From the NCBI RefSeq assembly GCF_001194135.2, contig NC_068983.1, positions 14,718,852-14,762,785 on the forward strand: 43,934 nt of DNA, written 5' to 3'. Source of the stretch: Octopus bimaculoides. Its lineage: Eukaryota. How positions within the stretch are numbered: the stretch's first letter is position 1; every line of letters starts with the position of its first letter. The translations under genes and the position numbers were made by a program. Positions 11,371-24,134 of the stretch are shown here, piece after piece. The notes beneath the pieces were generated by a model. It was given only the letters and a program-made list of their open reading frames with translations. It was not told the DNA's origin and ran no database searches.

Positions 11371-12852
11371 GGTAAAGATGAATCTCAAGTCGGTTCCCTC
11401 GTTGATACGGTGTATACTTTCAATGCTGATATCAGAATTGTATTCAGACTGAAAAAGTGCGGTGTGTTAGACTTGAAGAGAGGCAAAATCAAATGTATGG
11501 ACGGGCTAGCGATACCATCGGTGGAAATTACGAAGCAGATAGAAGAGACGGGCTATAAGTACTTGGGGATATTGGAAATGGATAAATTGATGGAGAAAGA
11601 AATGACAGAAAAATTTAAGGTCAGTACTTGCGCAGACTGAGACTGATCCTTAAGTCGAAATTAAATGGACAGAATAAGACAAGCTATCAACACCTGGGCG
11701 GTTTCACTCCTTAGATAAGGAGCGGGAGTAATCGCATGGACAGTAGACGAACTAAACAGCTTAGACAGAAAGACAAGGTAGTTGCTGACTAGATATGGGA
11801 CACTCCACCCAAAAAGTGATACAGGCAGATTGTATGTACCAAGGAAAGGCTGGGGATGAGGACTGACTGGATGTTAACACAGCATTAGATCAGAAGAAAA
11901 CATTATAGGATACTATGTAAAAAAATTCCACAGAAAACCGCTATTATTGGAAGTAAGAATGTCGGATTTGTATAGGATGGAAGATTGCTCAGATAAAGCA
12001 CTGCACAAGCACTTAAGAATGAATGAAACTGAAGATAGGTGGATAAAGAAAAGAATGCATGGACAATTTCATAGGGATGTTGAAGATATGACAGACAGAG
12101 AAAAAAGATGGCTATGGATGATTAAAAGTGTTTAAAAATCGGAAACGTAGGCTCTAATCTGTGCTGCCCAAGAGCAAGCACTAAGAACAAATTACATCAA
12201 ATACAATGCAGGACCTCTGGAGAAAATGGTGAAACTCTATGGCATATTACCAGTCAATATATGTCACTACCCCAGAAAGAATATAAGAGACGTGATGACG
12301 ATAGAGCATGGACACTTTGCAACAAGTATGGACTTGACAGAGCAAAAAAGTGTTACGAACAAAAACCCAAAGGCATCATCGAAAATGACAACGCATAGAT
12401 CATATGGGATTTTATGATTCAGTGCGACCATGAGATAGAGAATAGAAAGCCAGATATAGTGTTAATTGAGAAAGAAAGTTAATGATGCCGGATCATAGAT
12501 ATAGCATGCCCAGCTGACAACAAGGTATGCGATAAGGAAGAAAGAAAAGTCGATAGATATGACAAATTAGCTTGGGAAGTTAAGCAGCTGTGGTCGATGA
12601 AAAAGATGGTACTAGTACCAATAATTGTCGGAACCCTGGGAACAGTGAGTAAAAGGTTTGAGAAGTATATGGAACAAATAGGGGCTGAAGTGAGTATGGA
12701 GCACTTGCAGAAAACAGCACTGCTTGGAAACGCCCGAATACTCCGGATGGTGCTGGAAAAATAAGAGTTGTTACCTTAGTTCACTGGTAGTGAACAGCTG
12801 GTACCGTAGTATATCTCCAGCGATAGAAGCGGTGCAGAGACAATGAATAATA

Positions 12853-12920
<68 letters not shown>
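11371..12920 (+). mobile_element. 5'-truncated non-LTR retrotransposon, R4/Dong clade (RT C-terminus, CCHC region, restriction-like endonuclease), pseudogenised
   Basis: Frameshifted translation gives GKDESQVGSLVDTVYTF...KKCG...GYKYLGILE, LKSKLNG..AINTWAVS, LHPKSDTGRLYVPRK, MHGQF, EALICAAQEQALRTNY-like, IIWDF-like, NRKPDIVLIEK, IIDIACPAD, LAWEVKQLW, VPIIVGTLG, LQKTALLGNARILRMVLEK* (stop 12762-64). A short 3' UTR and (TAA)n tail (12847-12920) follow. Dong elements are known to associate with TAA repeats. Confidence 0.9.
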
Positions 12921-12923
<3 letters not shown>

Positions 12924-12990
12924 TTATAAATGATAATTCTTCATCGCAGAGAATCGTATGAAACTTTTTTCCTGATTGGTTTTGTTATTA

Positions 12991-13320
12991 ACTCCACAGG
13001 TTTTGGCGCATAGTTTCTAACGTTTTGAACGTGAATCTTTCTTAATACCCATTTCTGCCTAACATTTCTGAAAGTGTTTCTCATCATAGAATCAGTTTCT
13101 GGCTCATAGTTATGAAATTGTACTTTCCCTGGTACTATGTTCTGCCCATCATTTTTGGAAGCGTATCTTTCATAATATCTGCTTGTGTCAAGCCCTTTTA
13201 AAAGATTATCGTTTCTTAGAACCAGATTCAGCCTAACATTTTTGAAACTGACTTTTAACTAATACCCGCTTCCGCCTAACATTTTTGAATGTTTATCGTT
13301 CCTAATACCATTTTCCTCCC
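12991..13320. repeat. Degenerate minisatellite, about 7.5 units of 43-44 bp
   Basis: Units start at 12991, 13034, 13077, 13121, 13164, 13207, 13251 and 13294. 'gcctaacattt(c/t)tgaa' recurs in units 2, 6 and 7, and 'taatacc' in units 2, 7 and 8. Confidence 0.65.
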
Positions 13321-13894
13321 ATTCATCATTTATTTATAATAAGCAAGTCAATATTCTGTATTTTAAGGATGATAATATTTCATGTTTCCTTTCTTGATAA
13401 ATCATTTTCTTCTTATTTTTGTCATTTATGTAATCTTATTTATCTTTTCTACTCAAGTAGTTAATGTCATCTCAGCTGTTTGTTTTGCAACTATAGGCGC
13501 CATTTATCTATCTTAGTTTTTGTCTTTCATATATCGCAATATATTGTTCATTTAATCTAGGAATTTCTATTGCTGAAACTATATGAACTTATAAGAAAAA
13601 TGTTTTACTCACATTTATTATTTGGTTTTGGTATGCTGCAGTGCCGAAGGACTTTTTATTCGTTTCATATAATCCATGTTTATTTAACTTATAATCTAAA
13701 AATCCTATTACATATTATTCTGGCGCTACTTCAGAGTGACTTTGACATCGACAATTGGTAGAATCAAATTGCTAAAGATGAGTTCCGATTGATCCAGTAA
13801 AGTAGATTATTATTTTTCATTTTAATCGCACTTTTTGTTGTTGTTGTTATCTTCGAGATCTATATTGAAGAATAGACACAAGTACGATAAAGAA

Positions 13895-13979
13895 CATTCC
13901 GATTTAACCCTCTTATCTTTCCTCATGCATACTGTATGCGCAACTCCATTATCCGATCTATCATTCCGTCCTTACGTCG
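13895..13979. repeat. Left arm of an 85-bp inverted repeat (partner at 15637-15721)
   Basis: Reverse complement matches 15637-15721 with 5 mismatches. The outer 52 bp are identical. Confidence 0.95.
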
Positions 13980-15035
13980 GTAGCAAGTGATTTAATGATG
14001 GTGTAATTGCTATTTCTAGCAGAATGAATTACTGATAATGCCCATTTTCTTTTTGTGCAGACTCAAAAGCAGTTGTAATCGGGCTGTCCAATGGTACGGC
14101 GGTACCTGTTGTGTAACCCTCGGGTCAGCTCTTTCTTATCGCAAGTGGTTAGTTAGTTGAACGACTAGGCGCGAAATGCAGATTTACTTTCTTTTTCTCG
14201 CTATATTATTATTTCACCGAGCCAAGAACAATACTGCACATTCCGATATACAGTGACAGATTACACATGGGCTTGTGGTTGGACTGTTTGCAAAACCTCC
14301 TTTTTCTCTCCCCTCCTCCCTCTACTTTCCAAATGCGGCGTGTCTCTGCCAAGTTTCAACTGGTGTCTACATCAGAAGCTTGCAAGGTGAAAACAGTTAC
14401 ATCGTCATGTGCTATTCTTATGCACATATTCGTGCTTGAAACCTCCAGAGTATTGTTTGGTGCTAATAATTCAGATTAAGCATAAACGCATTACAAACTT
14501 ACATATATTAAACAGTAATATGAAACAGTTTTGATTAGCTGATGTTATTGTAGTTCGGAGCTATTCAAGTTGTTATATTCTGTGTGTATGTGGTTTATTT
14601 TTATGCTTTTCACAGCTACATGACTGATGTTTTTAGGATGCTGTTTTCTTACTTTTCTGAAGGTGCTCTATATGAGTGATGTTTGGAAGTGACAATTAAT
14701 GATGTGACAGGGACTGTCATGACTTAAGTTTTGTAGCAACACATCGTATCCCTTGCACACACAAGTAATACCTGATTTTTTAGGTATTTCTTTCGCTGTA
14801 TATTGGAGTCCAGTGGCAGTAGTGTGTTATGGATTTAGATACTCGCTAATGCCTTATTTTGTATTCTATATAGACTGTTGTGCTTTGTTGTGAAAAACCG
14901 AGGGATCCAGCAGAAATGGCATAGTCTATATTAGGTCTAGTGTGCTTTTTTTTTTCGTTTTTTCTGTTGGCATCTATATTTTACCTTAGTTATGTCCGCG
15001 CTTCGTTTTGCCTTCTACATTGTGACATATACGTC

Positions 15036-15636
15036 CGAAGTGGTATCAAAAGCTTCCAGGAATAGTTCTGTAGTGCGCCATCAAATGACAATACATGGTT
15101 GCGTGCACAATGAGAGCTAGCAGTAACATTGACGAAGCAGTGTGCCAAGTAGCATTGCTGCGTTTACTTCGTGAGCTGTGAAATTTATGTTTCTGTGATC
15201 ACGTGTATGCTGTACTCTGCGATTTTGTTGTGGACCGGAAGCTGGAACAAACTGCCAACGTGAAAATTGACGTTAAACTTGGGACCTCTGGTACAGAGGC
15301 ATTGAACATGCTTAACCAAGCTTGCGGTGACGAGCCAATGAGTTGTACGCAATGTTTCGAGTGACAGGAGTGCTTCATAAGCGGAAGAGCATCTCTGGAA
15401 GACGATGTGCGACCTGAAAGACCTGCCATGAGCATCAACCCCGGATATGTGGAGAAAAACCATCAGATTGTGCATCAGGATCACTGGAGGACAATCGTCG
15501 ACATTGCTAACGTCTGGATTGAGCATGCGGCGTGTCTCTGCCAAGTCTGTCCACTGAGTAGAAAGAATACATCGTCGAAAGCTGTCAAGATCTCCGTCAA
15601 CATGTCGAGTATCATCACTGGTGACGATAGTTGGGT
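15036..15636 (+). mobile_element. Mariner relic (mauritiana-like), 5' half
   Basis: TIR-like 'cgaagtggtatcaaaagcttccagg'. Translation from 15230: DRKLEQTANVK..KLGTSGTEALNML.QACGDEPMSCTQCFE*..F.SGRASLEDD.RPERP, then MRRVSAK and IITGDDSWV (first catalytic Asp at 15623). Truncated at the inverted-repeat arm. Confidence 0.85.
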
Positions 15637-15721
15637 CGACGTAAAGACGGAATGATACATTGGATAACAGAGTTGCGCATACAGTATGCATGAGGAAAGA
15701 TAAGAGGGTTAAATCGGAATG
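15637..15721. repeat. Right arm of the 85-bp inverted repeat
   Basis: See 13895-13979. Confidence 0.95.
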
Positions 15722-15861
15722 CATCGTTCCATTATTACGATAGCAAGATCCGGGATGATAGATAATTCATTTAAATTGAAGTAGTTGTAGAGTTCTTGTT
15801 AAGTTGCCGGTGACATAAACTGAGAGAATATGTGTGATATCATCAGTGTATGAGTCTCTTT

Positions 15862-16248
15862 GTGGAAGCGCAATGGCCCAATGGTTAGGGCAGCAGACTC
15901 GCTGTCATAGGATCGCGGTTTCGATTCCCAGACCGGGCATTATAAGTGTTTATTGAGCGAAAACACCTAAAAGCTCCACGAGGCTCTGGCAGGGGATGGT
16001 GGCGAACCCTGCTGTACTCTTTCACCACAACTTTTTCTCACTCTTACTTCCTGTTTCTGTTGTGCCTGTAATTCAAAAGGGTCAGCCTTGTCACACTGTG
16101 TCACGCTGAATATTCCCGAGAACTACGTTAAGGGTACGTGTACCTGTGGAGTGCTCAGCCACTTGCACGTTAATTTCACGTGCAGGCTGTTTCGTTGATC
16201 GCATCAACTGGAACCCTCGTCGTCGTAAGCGACGGAGTGCCAACAACA
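15862..16248 (+). mobile_element. Full-length tRNA-derived SINE, family C
   Basis: A box 'tggcccaatggttagg', B box 'ggtttcgattccc', 3' stem-loop cgtcg-taag-cgacg (16221-16234), (caa)3 tail, and an exact 12-bp TSD atgagtctcttt at 15850-15861 and 16249-16260. Confidence 0.93.
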
Positions 16249-16859
16249 ATGAGTCTCTTTATTTGTACTGATGTTTTGAGAATGTATAGGAAGTTTTAGT
16301 GGGTACAGCTAGAGAGATGTTGGTGAGAAGACAGAACTTTGTGGTAATCTGTCCGGCGAATTGTAAATCCTGCAATTGTTGTTTTGTATAATACAGAAAA
16401 TTAATGATCCCTTCAGTATTTTATATGTTTGATTCTGAAGTTTTGGATATTTTCTGTAGAAGCCGATAGCTAGAAATATATGCTGACATCGATAGTCGGT
16501 GGAACTATCAACATGGGACACTTTTTTGCTATTTTGTTTTTGAAGCACCCGTGTAACGCCTCAGTTATTGTTCGTGAAAATCGTGATGGCTCAGTGTTTT
16601 TTTTTTTAGAGAGACTGTATAAGTCGATTAAGTCAAAGATTAGAATTTCATGGGGTTTTGTTGAGTTTTAGAATTCTGACGATTTGTCAGACATCCAGAT
16701 GTTGTGAATCAGACGGTTTTGCTATATATAGTGGTGACGGAAGTATTTTCCCCAAGCCTTTACTATTTACCTATGTGTAACTTCGCTGTTGCCTTTTTAG
16801 ATTTCAGTACTTCTTGCTGGTACCCGATTGAAGGAGATTTTCAGGCCCTTGGTCTAAAC

Positions 16860-17105
16860 CAGTGTTTTTCAGCCACATTTTACTTGCAGACCCTTTTGAT
16901 TCCTATTTTACTCGGAGACACCCTAATAACCATTCGATATTCCAAACATCCTTTTATATTATTAAAATTAAATATTATTAGGAATGGTATTTGAAAATTA
17001 AAATATTCTGTTATCTTATAGGAAACCAGTTTTTTGTACATAAATTTTTAGAGCAAAATCTTCCATAGGCCCAAGGGTCGTATGGTCCCCGATTGATAAC
17101 AACTT
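16860..17105. mobile_element. Possible decayed hAT/Charlie-type MITE
   Basis: Starts 'cagtgtttttcagcc' after 'gtctaaac' and ends 'gattgataacaactt' before 'atctagat'. Both flanks resemble the Charlie NTCTAGAN target. The right TIR is poor. Confidence 0.35.
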
Positions 17106-18099
17106 ATCTAGATAGTTGGTTAATCCTAGAGCAAGTATAGTATATTGGCGACTGATTTTCGAAAATATCAAAGAGATTTTGGTTAGTGTTTGAAAACAGT
17201 TATGATATTTGAATTCTTTATTTAGTGACAAGTAATGGAATGACTCTCACTGTTATTGATGTTGCTAATTACTTCATATATTGGTTTATTGTTTGTTTTG
17301 TGATGTATATTAAATATAAATATTTGCCAATTTTCTGTGTTTTTATTGTTTGTGTTGTTATCATTTTCTTGTTAAGTTGTTTGATGGCGAGTTTTATTCC
17401 TGCCGGAATGCTGGTGTAATGAGTTTGAGATTGTCGCTGGTTTTTACCAGGATGCCTCTTTCTGATGTGTAATTGAGACCGTATTTATTTTATATTGCCT
17501 CGTGGGATACATTTTATAGATGCATCTATAATAATTTTGTTGCATGTGCGTCCTACAGTGTCATAACCGCTGAGGGTTGAATTTCCTGAAGTACAAAATA
17601 TTTGATTCTCTCTTTAGTGGAACCGCTTCTGCTGGGATGTTTTGTGGTTTTCAATAGTTATTTTACTTTGTTCATTCATGTGCGAGTGTTTTGTAACGAT
17701 AAAAGTTAGGTTAGAGAGGAGAACTGGCGGAGAAGAGGGTTGTTTGTAAAATGATTGTGGTATTTAGATGTATGTGGCAGAAGATACTTGGGGGAGATAT
17801 ATTGTTGTTGACATTATCAAGTATATATATATATATATATATATATATGCGTGTTTCTCTGTGTATGTGCGTGCATGGGTGTGTAGATGCGTGCGCGCGT
17901 GCGCGTGTTGATGATGATTTCGGAGACGAAACAACCTTCGTTGTGGCTATGTTACATTACCGGTTGCGTTTATGTACTGATTGAATATCACGATCTGTTT
18001 TAATTGAAGTCTCATAAAATTATGGCGATTGAGAGCGTTTTACTTTGTTGTAGCTGGTATATCGATTGCAGATGCTGATGGTTATGTACACACATGCAT

Positions 18100-18430
<331 letters not shown>

Positions 18431-20328
18431 ACATACATGCATATATGAGTACAGGACATAAAAAGAACGTTAAACACAATGCAAATCGAAAACATAAAAA
18501 CGCAAACGTAGAAAACGAACTTTTTTCGAACAACTTAAAAAACAGAAAAACGAGAGTATATCCCTTCGTCAGTTGTCACCCATAAACACGCATGCGTGTA
18601 CACATATTTAATATATGCATTGTATTAATACATTCCAGATTGCTTCCTCTAAATTTGATTACCGAGTTCATTTTTTAGAATTTAGTTAACGGTACCTGAT
18701 TACGTGTATGCTTTGTGGTTCTCTCCCTTTTGATACATACAATGTAACCGTCTTAAAATGAAATTTTGGATATTAGGTACATTAATATTTAAAAACAATT
18801 TGTTTCATGATAATTAGGTTTATTTTATGCGAGATATATTCAGGGCTGTTTCACTGTATTCTCACCAGACAAGTGCATTTTATAATGTAATTTCCTGCTT
18901 TGATGTTTTTATCATTATCGTCACAATGCAGTGTACTGGTGATTTTGTAAATAAAGTTTCAAATAATTTAGATGGTTTTGTGCCGACACATTGCTTCAGT
19001 CATCTCTTGTTTACGTTCACACTTAGGACAAATATTTCTCTGTGATTAAATCAGTTTATTCAACCGCCAAGTAAAATCGTAACTTCTTTTCCGTAACGTA
19101 ATGTTTTGGGTTGAGTTACAAGTATAGCCAACTGTTATTAAGACGTTAGGGTATAATCTAGAGGAGAATTGGCTGCAGTTGTGATTGGCCGAGCAACCGT
19201 TTGAACTTCTTCATGTTTCTAATATTCTGACAATGTCGGGGAAGAAGGCGAGCATTGTCCCTATCCTTCTCAATGTTTCTAAAGAAAAAGTAACAAGTTG
19301 AATGAATAAGTTTCCATTTCTCTATTAAATTAAATTCCCATTTGCTTCTTGTATATTTTCCTCAACTCTTATTAACATCTCTAACTATTAATTCCTTTCT
19401 CTCTATGTTCGCTACTTCCCGCTGCTACTTCATAAGTGACTCAAAAGTTCATATCCCCAGAGGCTCTGCTGAATTAATTTCGTTGCAACGATGGCAGTAT
19501 GGTGTTTGAACATCCAATAAATAAATTTTCAAATGTGTTCAAACGAGACAAGGCAATAAGATTCAATTTTACTTATTTGGTTGGATTCTACATTGCTGAA
19601 TCCTCACAATTTGGTAGAATGTAAAGAATGGAAACACCATGGCCTTACTTCTGAATCTATCGAGACAAGGATATCCACTAAACATAATTGTTTCAACACC
19701 TTAAATCTTGCTTTATTTATTTTCTTCTGTTCCATCTCCTGATTTTCAATCATATTAATTTCTTCAACTCCTAATATCCCAGTAGGAAGTGACATGACTG
19801 TAACGAAGATCAATTATCACACCTCAGCATCTTTGATTTATAAAGTGTTACGATGGTTTCCCAAGAATAACGCATACGTACCAAAAATTAACGAACGATG
19901 TCCACCATCTAAATATCAGTAACGGCTGTGATAACCATCGGTAACATTATAGGATAGAATCTTAGCAAATTTATTTTGCTGCGTTCAGCATTACACATGC
20001 TATTTTGGAAAAAGTGTCTTCTACTATAAAAACAGAAATTTCCCATTTTGCTCTTCACTTAGTCAAAGAAGTGCAAACCTCATGAATCTGTTCAAGGAGG
20101 TGGTGGGAGCGAGAATTCTATCTTCAGAGTAGAGTACTTGCATGAATGCTAGCATAGTAGACTCCACAAAAGACACCCATAAATGAGATATTAATACTAA
20201 ATTTACGGATTACGTTTACCGCCAAAAAAAGCGGTAATGGTTGCTCCAAAGTGTTTCCACGTTTCCTGTCGGCTAAGTTTCATTCACAAAGCTCTCAGCT
20301 GATGCAATAGATCGGACATAAACCAAAA

Positions 20329-20630
20329 GGTAGGCCAAAATCCGTTATTCGGCATGATGAATTAAAGGATTTGGTTGAACAAAATCAAAGAACAAACGTT
20401 CGAAACTTTCATCAGGACTCCAGACATCTCGCACAACTGTTTTTGGAAACCTGTAAAAAATTGGAAAATTCAAGAGAACGGATAGGTTTGTTCCACAGCA
20501 ACTGAACGAGATTAAAAAAAAAAACAGACGCCTCGAAGTGTGCTCCAAATTGCTTTCTCGACTGCTGGAAAAGGACTATTTTTGCATCAAATCATTACTT
20601 GTGATGAGAAATGGATACTTTTTGACAACG
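20329..20630 (+). mobile_element. Mariner transposase relic (cecropia/Hsmar1-like)
   Basis: GRPKSVIRHDELKDLVEQN...IGKFKRTDRFVPQQLNEIKK.NRRLEVCSKLL...FLHQIITCDEKWILFDN matches the mariner GRP, WVPHEL and TCDEKW motifs. Contains frameshifts. Confidence 0.85.
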
Positions 20631-21126
20631 TTATCGACTGTTTTATAACTCCATATTTTGTACTTTTAACAACAAGATAGGGAAACTTCATAAAACAGCA
20701 GCACCCAGGAATTTTTTATATATAACATGTGTCTAGTGGTAGGGCTTCTACCAAACAGATTGTTCGTACAAAGTAAACAATCGACGAAGATAAACACTAA
20801 GGGCGGTTAGGCCAAGACAGATTGTAATGGGTAACGTCTGGGAGAAATTTTTAAAAAATAATATCAATAAAGAGAAGAGAAAAATGTCGGGAGGCAAGAG
20901 AAATGACGTCCAGAACAATGAACGTCGTATCCAGAAAAGACAGGGGCAAGAGAAATGGCTGTAGTCACGTGTGAGGAACAGGCAGAAAGGGGACAAGAGA
21001 GAGGATGGAGCAAAGAGGTAAAGAAGTGAGAAGAGAGCAGGAACGAAAGATAGTAGGGAGTAGGAGAAAGATGACCAGCGAGGAAGGAGGGAGGGAAACG
21101 GAAAATATGGAGGATATAGAGTGATG

Positions 21127-21164
<38 letters not shown>

Positions 21165-21724
21165 TAATTGAGTTTTTACCTGTAATTTGTGATTTTGTCC
21201 CTAATATTATTATTATATATNNNNNNNNNNNNNNNNNNNNNNNNNNNNNNNNNNNNNNNNNNNNNNNNNNNNNNNNNNNNNNNNNNNNNNNNNNNNNNNN
21301 NNNNNNNNNNNNNNNNNNNNNNNNNNNNNNNNNNNNNNNNNNNNNNNNNNNNNNNNNNNNNNNNNNNNNNNNNNNNNNNNNNNNNNNNNNNNNNNNNNNN
21401 NNNNNNNNNNNNNNNNNNNNNNNNNNNNNNNNNNNNNNNNNNNNNNNNNNNNNNNNNNNNNNNNNNNNNNNNNNNNNNNNNNNNNNNNNNNNNNNNNNNN
21501 NNNNNNNNNNNNNNNNNNNNNNNNNNNNNNNNNNNNNNNNNNNNNNNNNNNNNNNNNNNNNNNNNNNNNNNNNNNNNNNNNNNNNNNNNNNNNNNNNNNN
21601 NNNNNNNNNNNNNNNNNNNNNNNNNNNNNNNNNNNNNNNNNNNNNNNNNNNNNNNNNNNNNNNNNNNNNNNNNNNNNNNNNNNNNNNNNNNNNNNNNNNN
21701 NNNNNNNNNNNNNNNNNNNNNNNN

Positions 21725-21930
21725 TGTTTGTGTGTGTGTTTGTGTGTGTGTGTGTGTTTGTTCCCCCAGCATCGCTTGACAACCGATGCTGGTGTGTTTA
21801 CGTCCCCGTAACTTAGAATAAGTACTAGGCTTACAAAGAATAAGTCCTGGGGTCGATTTGCTCGACTAAAGGCGGTGCTCCAGCATAGCCGCAGTCAAAT
21901 GACTGAAACAAGTAAAAGAGTATGAGAGTA
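21725..21930 (+). mobile_element. SINE family A, 3' half with an internal deletion of about 24 bp
   Basis: Same body as 229-425, but 'gtaacttag|aataagtac' lacks the 'cggttcggcaaaa...' segment. Preceded by (TG)n and gap 21221-21724. Confidence 0.85.
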
Positions 21931-22569
21931 TATATTGAACTTCCATCTTCTATGATCTGGATTCCAGCTGCAATTTTATAATGCTATTCTCTGCGTTCAA
22001 TTACTATGTCGTATGGTAGCCGAGTCCGTTAGAGGAGCTTTCTTTTGGCAAAGCAATTCACTGGGTTCAGATTATACGACAAATTTACATAGATACACAC
22101 AGGCGCGCACACACAAGCATATATTTACGTATACATGTATATATACATATAAGTGAGTGTATGTGTATGCGCGAATATGTTCTTATATTACATGCAATCC
22201 GAATGTTGAGATCATGGCGGAGCATTTCCTATGGAAATTATATGGTTTCTGCAGTATATATCCTTTTGTGAACGAGAATGTCCCATTCTGTGAAGGTGAT
22301 CGGTCTTGGATTGAGCCCGACATAATACGCTGACTACTTGAATGCATTTATACAAACTCCATCTATACATCGGTATCTCATTCAACTTCTTTCTCAAGAT
22401 ATTCAAAAGCTATGAAGAAGCTTTAAAGGCTTTTACAGCATCATGCCATGATTTTCGATAGGAACAATAGGAATTTTAGAACTATGCTGCCGGAATAAGT
22501 ACGGGCATAAGCAGAACTGATCTTCGGTGAGTCCTGCAAATATCTCCTGTAGGATACCTGTAATATATA

Positions 22570-22651
<82 letters not shown>

Positions 22652-22803
22652 ACACACACGCACACACACACGCACGCACACACACACATACACAAACACT
22701 CACACACACACACACACACACACACTCAAACACACACATATATGTAAGTACGCATATACATATCGACAAAATTCTATATATGTATCTGTATTTCTGTCTG
22801 TCT

Positions 22804-22864
<61 letters not shown>

Positions 22865-22930
22865 CTATGTGTGTGTATATATATATATATGTATATATAG
22901 AGATATATACTCATATATACCTGCATACAA
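22570..22930. repeat. (CA)n, (CT)n, (CTAT)n, (TA)n compound microsatellite
   Basis: Directly visible. Confidence 0.95.
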
Positions 22931-23789
22931 TAATTACATTACATGTATACGCATTTAATTCAATCTGAGTGCAAATTACTCAATACATTAATTATATATA
23001 CACCATGTAAAAGTTGACGCACACACAGGCATAACCGTACATATACACACACAAACAAATAAACACTCACATACATACATATATACACACACGTGTACAG
23101 TCACCGATACATAGACACATCTATTGACACCATCCCTTTCATTGTTATTGAAACTTTGGAAAGGTTACCGACACAAAACTTCAAAGAGTTACTTCAAACC
23201 AAAAAAAAAAAAAAAAAAAAGCAGCGGCCTGTGAAGTGGTTAACATCTACACACAAGCAAGAGAAACAAATAGAAACATCTAGAACAAGCACAAGTAGAA
23301 AATACACAAAATACAAAATACTAAACAACACCAACAACAACAACACTGACACAGTCTACCACAACAAAAACAGCAACATGAACGACGGTAACAAGTGCAA
23401 CAACAAACATCAGTAGTGTTAAAAATAACAGAAACATCAAATTGTAAGTTAATTTCGTGTGCTGTTTGATAAGTCCTGATCAGCAAAGACTACGAAGTAT
23501 ACTAATGGAATCAGCGAACGATTTATCTGAAGTTACCTCTCTTGGGACGCACTAAAATCGTAATGTTAAAGGAATAAAGATAAGACGGTGTTTTAATGAA
23601 ATCAGTAAATTAATAATATAACGATAATGATAAAACTAATAGTAATAATATTAATAATAACGACGAGGATAATTTAGTTTATTGCTAAGAGGGAGGGCAA
23701 TATTACACGAAATTAGAAAAAACGGTGACCGGTTTTACTTCTGGCATCATGGGGAAAGGTAGAATGAGTACACGCGTGCGCTTGCATTC

Positions 23790-23944
23790 ATACATATGCA
23801 TGCACAAACGCTCACTCATGCATGTATGTATGTGTGTAGTATACATACGTCTCTAATCATATATACATACGAATCCACACACGAAACACACACACATGCA
23901 TACATACATACATACGCACAGAAATACACATATCTATGTATATG

Positions 23945-24008
<64 letters not shown>

Positions 24009-24096
24009 GATATATATATGAATATATACATATATGCATGTATATATATTTATATCTGTACATTAATTTATTATTATATCTCATTGTATCCTCTCT

Positions 24097-24134
<38 letters not shown>

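Noticed and set aside
12991-13320. CRISPR-like array
   Set aside because: Eukaryotic context. Whole units are diverged homologues rather than constant repeats with unique spacers.
15185-15724. 179-aa minus-strand ORF
   Set aside because: Antisense shadow of the mariner relic plus the inverted-repeat arm.
15862-15940. tRNA gene
   Set aside because: A and B boxes are present but there is no clean cloverleaf, and it continues into a SINE body with a tail and TSD.
17400-17660. APE endonuclease-like relic on the minus strand (NSTLSGYDTV)
   Set aside because: No catalytic motifs recoverable, too weak to call.
19604-19813. Second R4/Dong RT scrap (GILGVEEINMIENQEME)
   Set aside because: Only a loose resemblance to YLGILE..EM, with no flanking motifs.
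20734-20753. Helitron 3' end (hairpin ggtag-aagcc-ctacc plus CTAG, minus strand)
   Set aside because: The hairpin abuts CTAG without the usual spacer and the flanking T of the AT target is absent.
22433-22958. His/Thr- and Cys/Val-rich ORFs resembling metal-binding peptides
   Set aside because: Simple translations of (CA)n/(TG)n.
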